From Macrostomum lignano (lineage: Eukaryota): a stretch of DNA of 64,000 nt. The translations under genes and the position numbers were made by a program. The DNA is taken from NCBI GenBank assembly GCA_002269645.1, contig NIVC01000382.1, positions 124,001 through 188,000 on the forward strand, read 5' to 3'. The stretch's first letter is position 1. Each line of letters opens with the position of its first letter. Shown here piece by piece: positions 35,179-46,800 of the stretch. The notes beneath the pieces are model-generated. The model made no database searches. It saw nothing but the letters and a program-made list of their open reading frames with translations, and was not told the origin of the DNA.

Positions 35179-38100
35179 TTAAATTAGACGCAGTCGCGTG
35201 TCAAATCTGCGGCAATACTCTGCGATCACATCCTCGTAATCTAGCTTAATATCTTTGTGCACGGCGAGCATTGCCAGACCATTCAGCCTTCCTTCCGTCA
35301 TCGTCGATCGCATGTAATTCTTAAGACGACGCAAGAGACTGAAGCTTCTTTCCGCTGTGCAGGTTGTCACCGGAGTGGTAAAAAAAGTCTGAGTAGCTTA
35401 GAGACATTTGACCACACGGAGGCATTGCATCGCCGAATCGCCTCATCAATAGTCATTGCAGCTCGATCAGCTGGTGATATATCACGGCAAAACTCACGCC
35501 AGCCTTCAAATTCTGCCTCGAATGCTGCCCGGCTGTCCAGAAATGCGCAATATTCCTCATAAGCTTCGCCAGCAGCCACTATGGAGTCTTCTTCGAGGCA
35601 ATGAGCCGGTAGCAGAGCTTCGCCATCCGCATCGCGATCTTGGATGATTTTGAGAAGCGCTCGCGAATCTCTCGGATAACTAAATCAAGGGTTGGGTACC
35701 ACATGTTTATCTTGTAGACTTCACGGGTATCTTTCCCCGGTGCGTTACTTTTGTGCTGGCTGCGGCTGGATGATCTTGCACGATACTTGTCGGGTACGTT
35801 CTCGCCGTCATGGTGCTTCTTATGCAGCTCCTCAGCAGCGTTAAATACCTCATTGAATTTAACATCCTCGGCGTCACTGCGCCAAGCCACCAGTCGACGG
35901 AGAACTCGATCAGCTTCCTCACTCGCTGTGACTAGATCCATCGCTGTCGACTGTGAAGGAAAATATAAAAGATCACAGATATTTTTGACAAGTTTAAGTA
36001 AAATACTGAGTAATCAATTTGCTAGAAATTGATCACTCTCTGCCTCAATATCAGCGCACTTTAAGAATTGAGATTCTTACCTGAAGCGCAACAGAAAGCC
36101 CATGCATCACTCCTAGTACTGCTTGTAGCACGTGAAGGGCAACAATTGTCATCGAATTAGTCATTGCATTGTAGACTAATTGATCAGCATCGATGAAGTA
36201 CTGGGCAGAAACATCGAAAAGTGTTACGAAGTCGAAAATGTTCGTTAAACTCTCAACAAACCGCGTTGGACAGATTGATTTCAGCCGAGTCTTGAGCCGA
36301 TGATCTTTGCCCTCGGCATTTATGCTGGCAGTTACCTTAGCAAACTTCTGCGTTCTCACAGCTGAATGCGCAAAGTGCTTTGAAGCAGCATCGATAGTTG
36401 CGTAAGCCGCCTTCAGTTCTCGAATACCGTGCTTGCTGTCAATGACCGCTCTTGTGCACAGATAAAGGCAATGGCTGAAGCAGTGGATGTAAACAGCATT
36501 AGGGCAGTTTTCTCGGATCCGGCCTTGCACAACACGTTCAGCACTCATCACTGATGCTCCGTCGAAACCCTGAGCAATGAGAAAATCCTTTTGAAGCTGG
36601 AGTGCTTCTAGTCTCTTGTCGATTGCGTCAACAATTGCGGCAGCATCTTGCTCTTTGAGATCGATAAAGCCCAAGAAGCGCTCTTCAACATCGCAATTAT
36701 CTGTCACAAAACGGATATTCACAGAAAGTTGTTCGACTCGTGAAACATCGCTAGTTCCATCCACGATAGTTGCATAGAATGAGTTAACTGGGCGAATGAT
36801 CTGGCGCGTAATCATTGCCTCGATGCAATCGATAATCCTGTTCTGCACAGTCGGAGACAAGCCTGTCGAGTTCAAAGGACTATTGCGCAGTAAGTCGGCC
36901 AATTTTTTGTCCTTTACAGCATCTCTTTGAAGCAACGCGCGAAGATTACCTTGCGAGAAGTCAACTGATTCGATAGCCTCTGGCACTTGAAGCCGTCCTG
37001 GCGCTTCTCTATGACCGCGAAGGGCTTGATTGGTGCGCCCGAGATATTCAATGGCACTTATCACTGTTTAAAAAATGTAGCGGCGCTCCTGCAAAGCTGC
37101 ATCAGCTGCTGTACTCAGCTGCGCTGAGACGTCACCTGTAGACGACTGCTTTTGCACTTGACTGAAAGAGTCGCAGGCTTGACTGTGGTAAAGCGACAAG
37201 CGATGCTTGTTGTAAATTTCCAGTATTTTTTTAAAATTCGTCACCGGAATTGTCACCAGCCGACCTAAATCTTGGTTGTTACGGTTACCGCAGCCTTTAT
37301 CCGGAGCAAAGAGAACGCAAGACAGACAGAATACCCCCTTTCTTTTGGGTGAGTATACGAAGCAGCTATTCTTACCGCTGATGTGATGGTGAAGCAGCTT
37401 GTAATTTTGCTTTTTCCCAACTGAGTGTGGAAGCTGGTAGTCAGGGCCTACCTTCAGCGTGTCCTTCATAAAGCGCAGACGGTCTTCAGCTGTCAACCTT
37501 CCATCAATGCGCATCTACACAGCATCCCCGATATCTAACCTTGCAGCTGAATCCGAAGGTGGAGGAATAGCTACTGCATCTGCTTGGTTGCTTTGTAGTC
37601 CAGAATCAGCCTCCACAGTGCTTGCAGAAATTGAAATGTCAATGTCATTGGCTTCATTCGACGGAGACGGAGTCACAGCTTGCCGCTGTAGCTGAAAGAG
37701 GCGATCAAGCTTCTGCTGTTTTGCGAGAGGCGGTCCAGGCGGATCCATAGTTTCGTTGCAGTTTGTTACAAACTGTTACAAAACAGCAGTTTGTGCGCCG
37801 AAACCGAAAGTCAAGCCCTTCTCTCCCTGTAAATCCCTGAAAATCTCTCCCTGTCCCGCTTTCTATTGGCTATTTTCAGCCCTGGCTCTCCCTTTCAGAC
37901 ACGCCTGTTCCAATGTGCACACTGGCCACTGCCTAAGTGCCTATCCCCCTGTCCCCTGACATCCAACCCTTATTTGTTGCCCTTCCCCTCTCCTCTCGTC
38001 CTGGGGCCTGGGGGTTGAGCTCCAATGTACATTACATTGTACATTAGGCCCTTCATTCCTGTCCCCGATAGTGATAGTGAGCCTAGCCTACACACCACAC

Positions 38101-38261
38101 CACCCCACTATTCATTACAACACACACCCAATGCTAAATTACTTTCACAGGTGACATCTACAATCTACATCATATACTAGAAAAACAGACTTCAAAAAAA
38201 ATTTTTGCCGGCTGTTCGGGGGGGGGATACATCCCCCCATCCCCCCCTCCCTACGCCACTT
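35179..38261 (-). mobile_element. Decayed hAT-superfamily transposon (ZMYM1/PRKRIR-like transposase)
   Basis: FCLSCVLF, RGHRE, VDGTSDVSRVEQLS, GFDGASVM, YIHCFSHCL and the dimerisation motif TTCTAERSFSLLRRLKNYMRSTM. In-frame stops near 37515 and 37068 plus frameshifts. Terminus-like AGTGGCGTAGGGAGGGGG at about 38261; the other end was not found. Confidence 0.88.
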
Positions 38262-38905
38262 CAAAAAAGAACAGTTTTCGTTGAAAGAAAGTAAAAAAAA
38301 ATGCGAGTGACTATTGCTTTTGAGAAGCTATATGAGAATGCTTGGTTACTATTGTAAATTTGGGGGATGGTGAGCTGGGCGAGATAGGGCACAGAAGGGG
38401 GGTTGTTGGCGGTCTGAAGTGAGTGGCCAAGGGGTGTAGAGACAAATGGGGGGTTGAAGTTGAGCTGAAAGACAGGAGATGCTAAGTGATAAGGTGGGGC
38501 AATACGAGCTAAGCAATCGATAATTTAATTAATGCGCATGTGCAAGTACACTGGACAGAGAGGACAGAGAGGGAGTTTATTCATGACTGGCATGAATCCT
38601 GATTAAGCAACCATTAACTCCATTTTAAATGTCCAAATTCTCTTAGCTTGTCAAAGGCAATAATAAAAGCCGTCATGAAATAGCAGCCGTAAAAATGTAC
38701 GCTAAAATTGTATAGCGGACTATAAAATAGTAACGCAAAAGCAACGATGTTCACACCGGAAGTCCAAAGCCTTTTTCGCGGATGGATTAGGCCTAGTCGG
38801 CTTTATTAAAACTATTTTGCCATGTAACAGAACATCTAACAAAAACAATAACAGTGGGGAACTAATTGGCATTCACTGCACGCACAGACGTGAAGGACCG
38901 TAAAA

Positions 38906-39424
38906 TTAGCGATAGAAAAGAGCGCAGCAGTTTTTCTTTATGCTTTCAAAAACGGCCGGTATTGATACTCTACAGGTGTTGGGATCACTCACGTAAAAGC
39001 AGGTAAATTCATTTGGAAAAAACATGCGCTACGTAATGGCCTGTTACTACCGAGCTGCCCAGATGAACAGCGGCAGCTCGAAGTTGATAAACTCTGCCGC
39101 TTAAGACAAGCTTGAGTTTTACCGGAATGGGAAATGTAGTCTTACGAAAAGAACCATTTTTACGATCGAAAACCACTCGATCAATTCCGATGCACAGGTA
39201 CTCAGACTTCAATGCAGATACCTGATTGTGGCTGCACCAACCGGCCTGACATTTCGGACAGGAAATGTTTTTTTTTCACCCGACGAGGAAAGAGTAGAGT
39301 AGCGGACTAACTCGGGAAAGCTGCGGTCACTGACATTAGAGATCGACAGCTGCAGGATCGTTGTCGTGTCTTCTTGCTGCCGTCGCGTCACGGTATTGCA
39401 TGAACATAAAAGAGCAGTAGTTGA
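38906..39424 (-). pseudogene. C-terminal half of a USP (peptidase C19)-like deubiquitinase, two frameshifts
   Basis: After an acceptor at 39425: LLCSCNTVT..ILQLSI; then YQLRAAAVHLGSSVVTGHYVAHV (His box); then CFYVSD...CCALFYR*. Confidence 0.65.
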
Positions 39425-39763
39425 CTGTAAAAGGTAAGGCGTACGCGGTTCGTGTGTTGTAACAAAACGGGATGCTTAAATTAAACTAGCTAGTTTTTTT
39501 CCTTAAAAAGCTGAGACCCTGGGATATACCATGCTCGCCAATTTTAGCATCAATTTTACGCATCTATTGGCTTGTATTATGGGGGTTGGTTTTCGCTGCT
39601 CTGCATTGGCCGATGACAAGGTCACCTGTATGCTGTCTAGGATCATCCCCCATTTATATTTAGCTCGTTTGTATCGAAATAGAAAGCATGGGGGGTAGCC
39701 AGCTAACTGATAAAAACGCGCGCGTGCGCGCGAGCAACAATTGAAGGCAGAATGTTAACTCTT

Positions 39764-40077
39764 CATTCTTATTTGATCCAGCGTGCAAGAATGCTTTGGA
39801 AGTCGCCATATGCGTGCAGAAATGCAAGTTTCTATGGTAAAAGCACCTTGAATTTACATGTGCACTCCGTGCAGGAATGTCAATCGTGCAAGAATGTAAT
39901 GCGTAATGTTTCTATATTTAGCATAACAGCCATAGACTACAAGCATAATCTTCTTTCCATCGTGCAAGAATGTTCAGACTAGCTCGCGCATATTTTGTCT
40001 ATGGTTCAAGTCTAACTCCACACCCCCAGCTCCACCCTTGTCTACTTTAGCCACATATGTTGGATCAAATAAGAATG
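39764..40077. mobile_element. 314-bp MITE-like element
   Basis: Perfect 17-bp inverted repeats CATTCTTATTTGATCCA (39764-39780) and TGGATCAAATAAGAATG (40061-40077); five internal CGTGCA(A/G)(G/A)AATG motifs. No clear TSD. Confidence 0.6.
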
Positions 40078-40251
40078 GGAATCAAGCACTTTGACTTGTG
40101 CGTCTATGGCAAAAACCCTCGTGCGCTAGTTTCAGCCATTGACGCACTCGTCAGCGTGCTAGATTCCTCCAATCTATGGTTAGATACTCGTATGTACAGA
40201 AGGTAACGGAGTTGTTTAACCCCTACCTGCTCTTCCAGCTCGAATAGCATT

Positions 40252-41085
40252 ATGGCTAACGCCCCGGAACGGGTATATCCCATTAAAACAATTTATTCGG
40301 GAAAGAAAAGAAGAAGTAGCCCCGATGAGAACGAACAGCCACAAGTACGATCGGTACGAGCAAGAGAAGCAACTGAGAAGCGCATAGAAGTTCAACAGCG
40401 AGAGGAATTGGACGAGGATAAAGAGGCTGGAGAGTTGGTTGTAGCTCTAAATGGAGTAGAACTGGAGGAGGCAACGAGAAGGCATGAAGAGGAGGTGAAG
40501 CGAGAACAGGAGGAATTCATGGCAGCTCTACTAGGAGTAGAATTGCCGGAACTCGAGGAAGAGCTTAGCCCGAAGAACGACGCCCCAGCAGAAGTGTCGG
40601 AACCGCAAGAAGTGCCGGAACCTAAGGAAGCACCGGAGTCGAAGCCGACGACTAATGAGACTCCGGTCGATGTAGCTATCTTCTTCCGGGCCGACACACC
40701 GCAGCCACAAGACCTTGCTGAAAGCAACGAGCGGCCAGGAGCCAGCCCACGAAGTTTCAGGAAGAGTACCAAGGCGCTTAAAAAGTGGCTGCTGAGAACA
40801 GGCAACACTGGCCGCTACAACTCGACGGTGCCGCCAGAGTGCACTCAATTTCTGGCACAGGCCACCGCTGAGCAGAAAGTCCAGTGTATGGAAGTCGCCT
40901 GCACGTACGCCCTCCAATACGCTGAGGATAGGGCTAGGGGACCACTGTCGCCCTTCCAAGTAAGTGAGCATCTCCGGGCCATGGTTGAACTATTCGACGC
41001 AAAGGACAGACGAACCCCCGCGACTGGCCTCCTGTACCAGTGTACACAGAGGGCGCCAACCTGCCGACCTATAGGGCAAATCTAG
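40252..41085 (+). CDS. Orphan acidic, low-complexity ORF of unknown function
   Basis: 277-aa ATG ORF preceded by an acceptor-like TCTTCCAG; Glu/Pro-rich N-half; possible internal donor CAA|GTAAGT near 40959. Confidence 0.4.
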   Translation: MANAPERVYPIKTIYSGKKRRSSPDENEQPQVRSVRAREATEKRIEVQQREELDEDKEAGELVVALNGVELEEATRRHEEEVKREQEEFMAALLGVELPELEEELSPKNDAPAEVSEPQEVPEPKEAPESKPTTNETPVDVAIFFRADTPQPQDLAESNERPGASPRSFRKSTKALKKWLLRTGNTGRYNSTVPPECTQFLAQATAEQKVQCMEVACTYALQYAEDRARGPLSPFQVSEHLRAMVELFDAKDRRTPATGLLYQCTQRAPTCRPIGQI

Positions 41086-41306
41086 TAGCTGAAAAATTTC
41101 CGGTTTATTTACACAATTAATAGTTTTAATTACTTTTATGTTGTCGCATTTTTTACACAGTGCCACGAGCCTTTTTTTCCTTTTCAAATTCGATGCACCG
41201 CTTGCCTTACATATATACGAGTATATATCGATAATATTCAGGAAGAAAACCTATCTGGTTATGGCCTATCATTGCTTATTTTATTAGTTCATTAATCAAA
41301 GTATTG

Positions 41307-41495
41307 TTGCTCAAATTAATATATTTAATTGTCATGCTATGTACCTTTTAATCATTGCTCAAATTAATATGTTTAATTGTCATTCTATGTACCTTTTAAT
41401 GATTGCTCAAATTAATATGTTTAAATTGTCATACTATGTACCTTTTAATCATTGCTCAAAATAATATGTACTCTTGCGTAATCATTGCTCAATTA
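41307..41495. repeat. ~48-bp AT-rich tandem repeat, about 4 copies
   Basis: TTGCTCAAA recurs at 41307, 41355, 41403, 41452 and (partial) 41485. Confidence 0.85.
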
Positions 41496-41870
41496 TTATT
41501 CATGCCATGAACTCATTAGTTAATTTAGTTGTCATGCTATCCTGCTGCATGCCATTATTCAGCTAGCTAATCTGCCTACATTACATAACCTATTGCTTAC
41601 TTGAAATAAACCTGAAAATAGCCGAAATATGCAAAGGGGTTTGCACATTTTTTTAGTGGGGGGTAAGTGTAGTAGGGAGTTTATTTCAAGCAGTTTTGCT
41701 AAGGCGTTTGCCATTCGTCGGGATGAATTATTTTAGTAGCATGAAGTCTAGAATAAGCAGTTTTGCTGTTACGCTACTGTTAGTAGTTCACTTTCAGGGA
41801 AATATCTGAAGTTGTGGGAATTCGAGTCTTGGCGGGTTCCTCCATTAGTAAAAGGCTGTTTAGCCTCGGG

Positions 41871-41921
41871 AAAAGCATCTCCCGCTCAAAAGCATCTCCC
41901 GCTCAAAAGCATCTCCCGCTC
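41871..41921. repeat. 17-bp triplication AAAAGCATCTCCCGCTC
   Basis: Three perfect tandem copies. Confidence 0.9.
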
Positions 41922-42015
41922 AGGACCGTCCACCAGGACAATATTTTAGAGACTAAGTCTCAAAGCTTCAACCAAATATAAGGGAGTCTCCCCTTGTATG
42001 GAAAGAAGAAATATA

Positions 42016-45000
42016 TGTTGATTCTGAAGGCACAGACACTATAACACCAATTTTGATGTAGCCTATAGCTAACTCGGTAATTTCTTAAGTGCTCCAGTTG
42101 AGCAGCTCTCACTATCACTTTTATTTATTGTGGCCTTAGAACGAGGCACCGCTCATTCAAGTTGTACTGTAATGCTAGTGGCGGTCATGCCATAGATAAA
42201 AGTCTATATCAAATTAATACATCTAACACTCCTTCCCGATAGTTTCTGCAACTGTCCGAGTTCACTCCAGTTCACGCGCAATCCGGGCTTCCTAAAGTTG
42301 AGTAGTTCAATCTGTCGGGTGCCTTCCGCGTGCGCTGGCAGCGATGACCTCTTTCAGGTTGTCCAGGCTCTTCCGTCGGGTTACTTGTGTTCTGGTCAGC
42401 AACACCTTGCTGTGACCTCTCCTGAGGCTCGCTAGTTTCAACGGGAATCCTTGGTTTTGTCTGCTCCAGATGATATCGGCTGTGTTTTCCGTCTTCCAAT
42501 TGTACGCCCACAATTTTCTTACCTTCTCTAGCAACGATTTCACCGGGCTTCCATTTCTCGGTTTCGTTCCTGTAGGTCTTTACCCACACCGGTTCTTTGG
42601 CCAAGGTCAACGTTGCCGTCCGAAGCAGATGTCCTCGCATTAACTCTGCAGGTGCCCTTCCTGTCGTGGAGTGACGGGAGTTCCTGTACTGTAGAAGAAA
42701 GCGGTCGACACTGGTTTGTAGATCGTCTTCGCCTCCTGATGCCGCCACATGGTTCTTCAGGTCTCTCACAAACCTTTCGGCAAGGCCGTTTGATCGTGGG
42801 TGGTACGGAGGCGTGAGCACGTGTCTGCATCCGTTTCCTTTGAGCCAGCCCTCCATCTCCACTGAAGTGAATTGTGGACCATTGTCAGTAACCAATGTTG
42901 CGGGAACACCTTCTTGCGAGAACGTTCTTCGGAAACGTCGGATAGTCTCTGCCGATGTGGTTGACTGCGTAACATGTACTTCTGCCCATTTGCTGTAGGC
43001 ATCGACTATTACGAGCAGGTACTTGTTGCCCTTAAACGGTCCAGCGTAGTCTGCGTGCACACGGCACCACTTTTCGCTTTCCTCTGGCCAAGATGCCCAT
43101 TGGATTGTTGCTCCATGGTCTTTATTTGTCTGGCAAGCGACGCATTGCTTGGTATGCCTAGTGACATCAGCGTCTATTCCTGGCCACCATACGCATTGTC
43201 TGGCGATGGATTTCATCTTGTCCGCGCCTATGTGGCCGTCGTGCAATAGTTGAAGAACTCTTTGTCGCTCCTCCTGCGGGATCAGCAGGCGTATTCCTCT
43301 GTAAAGAAGACCGTTCTCGATCACCAGTTCGTCACGAGTTCGAGCGTATGTTGGTAGCTCCTTGATTCCTTGGGCTGTCCAGCCATGCTTGACGAGCGCA
43401 AACAGCCGTCGCATCTCCTGATCAAGCATTGAAGTGCGCCTAAGCCGCTGCTTGTCAACTGGTATATCGAGTAGACTGTCCTGAATCGAGTTGACGTCGA
43501 ATTGCTCGCTCTCCGCGGCACTATTATTCAATCGAGATAGGGCATCGGCGACAGGGATCTCCTCGGAACGCTTACACTCGATGACGTAATCATACTCCAT
43601 GAGTGTGATTGCCCATCGCTGTAGCCTAGCAGCAGCAACCGTAGACAAGGCCTTTCCAGGGTTGAACAAAAATTTCAGTGGGTGATGGTCCGTCCTGAGC
43701 ACGAACTTGCGTCCTAGCAGATATTTGTGGAGGCGTTTCACGGCCCAGACTATGGCTAGCGCCTTTCTTTCGATCTGTGCATAATTTCTCTCAGCCTGTG
43801 TCAACGTCTTGGAGATAAATAGAACAGGACCGGACGACTGCTCCAACACGGCTCCCAGTCCCACCGGTGATGCATCAGTCGTAAGTATAATATTGTCAGC
43901 TGGATCGAATGACTTTAGAAGTCCGGCGTTGAGCAATCTTTCCTTGATTGTGTTAAAGGCCTTCTGTTCTTGCCTTCCCCAGGTCCATCGCACACCTGAC
44001 CTGGTTAGATTGGTCAATGACTCTTTCAACGTAGCCAAGTTAGGAATGCATCGTCCATAGAAATCGACCATTCCCAAGAACGCCTGTAGTTGTTTGAGGT
44101 CGCTTGGATCTTTTAATCCGGCAATGGCTTCCACTTTCTCCTTTAGAGGGCGAATTCCATCAGCACTGATCTCGTAGCCCAAAAATCGTATTGACGACTT
44201 GTTTAGTACAGACTTGTCAGCATTTATGCGAAGTCCATTGTTTTCCAGGATCTTCATTACAGTGTTGAGCCTTTTGTCATGATCAGTCTGACCTTGGCCC
44301 AAGATGAGGATATCGTCCTGGTAGGATATCACGCCGTCGAGGTTTAGCAGGAGTTTATCCATATGTGACTGGAAGATAGCGGGTGCTTGTTTTACCCCAA
44401 AAGCCAGTGCGGTTGGACGAAACAGGCCGAAGGGTGTGCTCCAAGTTTGCATCTGACTTGTCTCGGCGTCGACTGATACCTGCAAGTATGCGTTTGTGAG
44501 ATCTAGCGTGGAGAATTTCCGGGCTCGACCCAATCTGGACATCACTTCATCAATTGATGGCGTCGTCGACACCATGTCTTCCAAGACTGGGTTCAGTGTT
44601 ATCTTATAGTCGCCACAAATCCTGATACTACCAGATTGCTTTCTGACACACACTATAGGCGTGGCCCATTCGCTTGATTGCACTTTCTCTAACTGTCCTT
44701 CAGATTCCATTCTTCGTAGCTCGTTCTTTACGTCTTCTTGAATACCATAGGGAATCGGTCTTGGCTTGCAGAAAACAGGTTTTGCGCCTGGCCTGATCGA
44801 TAGTGACACCTTCACGGTGTCGACTGGAGACATGCGACTTGATTGCCGTTCTTCAGTAGTGTCAGCATTACCACCTTGGGTTATGGCGACATAAAGCTCC
44901 GGCTCCAGCTCTGCAATCCAGTCCAAACCATATATGGGCTCCACATCTCTGTGGTCAACGACAAACAATGGCAGGTTTGCTACTGCGCCGCCACGCTCTA

Positions 45001-46320
45001 CTCTGACAGTAACTTCTCCTAAAACACGCACCGGATCTCCTTGGTATGCTGTAAATCGTCGGGCTGTCGGTCTTAAATTGGATTTCAACGGAAGGCCTTG
45101 ATACACCTTTAGCGATACAAATGATGAGACGGATCCCGTGTCCATAATCATATGAAGATTGGCCCCATTAACCAGCAGAAGCCTTGTTATCCTGCGCCTG
45201 CTGGGCTCCTCACAGCTGCCATTTACGGAGAAGATGCTGTCCTGTGCTCCTACAGGTCCTGAAGAATCTTTCTGCGGTTCGATCGCTCTCACATTGACAG
45301 TCTGTCTTGACCCTTGAGCAGGTCTTGATGGATTAGACTTACACACAGCTTTCAGGTGGCCAGTCTTTCCGCAATTCAGGTAGGTCTTAGAACGGTGCTG
45401 GCAGACGTCCTTGCGGTGTCCATCCTTGCCACAGCAGAAACATTTTGTTTGGTCGCGATGGCTTTGTTGATTCCACTTGCCGTACCCGGTTGGCTGCCAC
45501 GCTTTGCGATCGTTCTGTCGAGTCTCTGGCAAACGCGGTCGATCTGCCCTCTTGACCGATAAGATTTCGCTGCTGCTCATCTGTTTTTCGCCTCGCGCTA
45601 CGGCTTCGCATGCGCTTGCCACGGACGTCACCCTCTCCCAGGTGAGGTCTGCGAGTTTTTCAGTTAGCAGTTTCCTCACAATGTCTTTGTTAGACAGACC
45701 AAACACAAACTGGTCACGCAACCTGTCGTTTAGGTCCGTGAATTCACAGTTGTCCGCGGCTTGTCGAAGTCTCCTAGCATAGGCCGACGTGTCTTCTCCG
45801 CTTTCCTGCTTCATGTGGTGGAAAGCGTATCTATAGGCCAGTCCCGACTTCGATGCTTTCGTTTCGTTTGTTAGTAGCGTCTTCAGCTGATCGAAGGTCT
45901 TTTCCTCTGGCTTTGCTGGCAGTACAGCGTCAGCCAGAAGGTTGAACGCCTTCTTCCCCAGTTGTGCTATAAACGCGTACTTCAGCACGTCGTCGTTCCA
46001 GTTGTTAACTTTGGCTATAGCCTCGAATCGCTGTAGCCATCTGCTGACCTCGGCAGGCACGTCTGTCTCCAGGGGTTCGATTGGAATCATCCCATCCTCG
46101 TCGCCAGTGTTGATTCTGAAGGCACAGACACTATAACACCAATTTTGATGTAGCCTATAGCTAACTCGGTAATTTCTTAAGTGCTCCAGTTGAGCAGCTC
46201 TCACTATCACTTTTATTTATTGTGGCCTTAGAACGAGGCACCGCTCATTCAAGTTGTACTGTAATGCTAGTGGCGGTCATGCCATAGATAAAAGTCTATA
46301 TCAAATTAATACATCTAACA
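42016..46320 (-). mobile_element. Full-length Ty3/Gypsy LTR retrotransposon (Mag-like), 4305 bp
   Basis: 213-bp LTRs at 42016-42228 and 46108-46320, identical by eye (TG...CA). TSD ATATA at 42011-42015 and 46321-46325; PBS TGGCGACGAGGATGGG at 46106-46091 (tRNA-Ser 3' end); PPT at 42237-42229. Confidence 0.97.
42272..46090 (-). CDS. gag-pol: Single-ORF Gag-Pol polyprotein (1272 aa from the ATG after the PBS)
   Basis: CFCCGKDGHRKDVC knuckle, protease MDTGS, RT YQDD, RNase H TDASPVG, integrase HDGH..CVAC, DYAGP/DAYSKW/DNGPQF/ERF; no stops. Confidence 0.96.
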   Translation of the reverse strand: MIPIEPLETDVPAEVSRWLQRFEAIAKVNNWNDDVLKYAFIAQLGKKAFNLLADAVLPAKPEEKTFDQLKTLLTNETKASKSGLAYRYAFHHMKQESGEDTSAYARRLRQAADNCEFTDLNDRLRDQFVFGLSNKDIVRKLLTEKLADLTWERVTSVASACEAVARGEKQMSSSEILSVKRADRPRLPETRQNDRKAWQPTGYGKWNQQSHRDQTKCFCCGKDGHRKDVCQHRSKTYLNCGKTGHLKAVCKSNPSRPAQGSRQTVNVRAIEPQKDSSGPVGAQDSIFSVNGSCEEPSRRRITRLLLVNGANLHMIMDTGSVSSFVSLKVYQGLPLKSNLRPTARRFTAYQGDPVRVLGEVTVRVERGGAVANLPLFVVDHRDVEPIYGLDWIAELEPELYVAITQGGNADTTEERQSSRMSPVDTVKVSLSIRPGAKPVFCKPRPIPYGIQEDVKNELRRMESEGQLEKVQSSEWATPIVCVRKQSGSIRICGDYKITLNPVLEDMVSTTPSIDEVMSRLGRARKFSTLDLTNAYLQVSVDAETSQMQTWSTPFGLFRPTALAFGVKQAPAIFQSHMDKLLLNLDGVISYQDDILILGQGQTDHDKRLNTVMKILENNGLRINADKSVLNKSSIRFLGYEISADGIRPLKEKVEAIAGLKDPSDLKQLQAFLGMVDFYGRCIPNLATLKESLTNLTRSGVRWTWGRQEQKAFNTIKERLLNAGLLKSFDPADNIILTTDASPVGLGAVLEQSSGPVLFISKTLTQAERNYAQIERKALAIVWAVKRLHKYLLGRKFVLRTDHHPLKFLFNPGKALSTVAAARLQRWAITLMEYDYVIECKRSEEIPVADALSRLNNSAAESEQFDVNSIQDSLLDIPVDKQRLRRTSMLDQEMRRLFALVKHGWTAQGIKELPTYARTRDELVIENGLLYRGIRLLIPQEERQRVLQLLHDGHIGADKMKSIARQCVWWPGIDADVTRHTKQCVACQTNKDHGATIQWASWPEESEKWCRVHADYAGPFKGNKYLLVIVDAYSKWAEVHVTQSTTSAETIRRFRRTFSQEGVPATLVTDNGPQFTSVEMEGWLKGNGCRHVLTPPYHPRSNGLAERFVRDLKNHVAASGGEDDLQTSVDRFLLQYRNSRHSTTGRAPAELMRGHLLRTATLTLAKEPVWVKTYRNETEKWKPGEIVAREGKKIVGVQLEDGKHSRYHLEQTKPRIPVETSEPQERSQQGVADQNTSNPTEEPGQPERGHRCQRTRKAPDRLNYSTLGSPDCA

Positions 46321-46800
46321 ATATAAAACTCTAGAAACATAAGAAGTTAAGAGTAAGTCCAGGGTAAAATAGGGAGGCTAAGAAGGAGTCTACCACTTAG
46401 TCTAAACGGAGTCTACCGAGAATAGGAATATTAGTAAAGTCAGTTAGATAAAATAGGTAAAGACTAAAGGAGTCTACCATTAGTCTAATCACACGGAGTC
46501 TACCGAATCATTAACATAGGAAACTAATAGTGTAAAACTTACTCTGCATATTTGGTTAATAATGTTCTTTCGTTTGTTTTAATAATCGCACACAATTTCC
46601 ACTCTTGTCTCACTTATTTTAATTTAAATTTAACTATAAAGAGACATTAGTCTGGTGGCAGCAACCTACCAAATTAAAAGTACATGATAATAGAAATAGC
46701 AGTAAAACCCAAACCAGTAGCCCAAAACCGCAAGGTTACACGCAGATTCCACTCATAACTCATTCGAACTATAATATTAAACGTAGAAACAAACGTAGGT

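Noticed and set aside
46091-46210. N-terminal 40 aa of the 1312-aa ORF in the track
   Set aside because: Lies in the LTR and PBS; the ATG at 46090 is the more plausible start.
46383-46506. Four GGAGTCTACC motifs
   Set aside because: Explained as two copies of a short ~40-bp duplication; no functional context.
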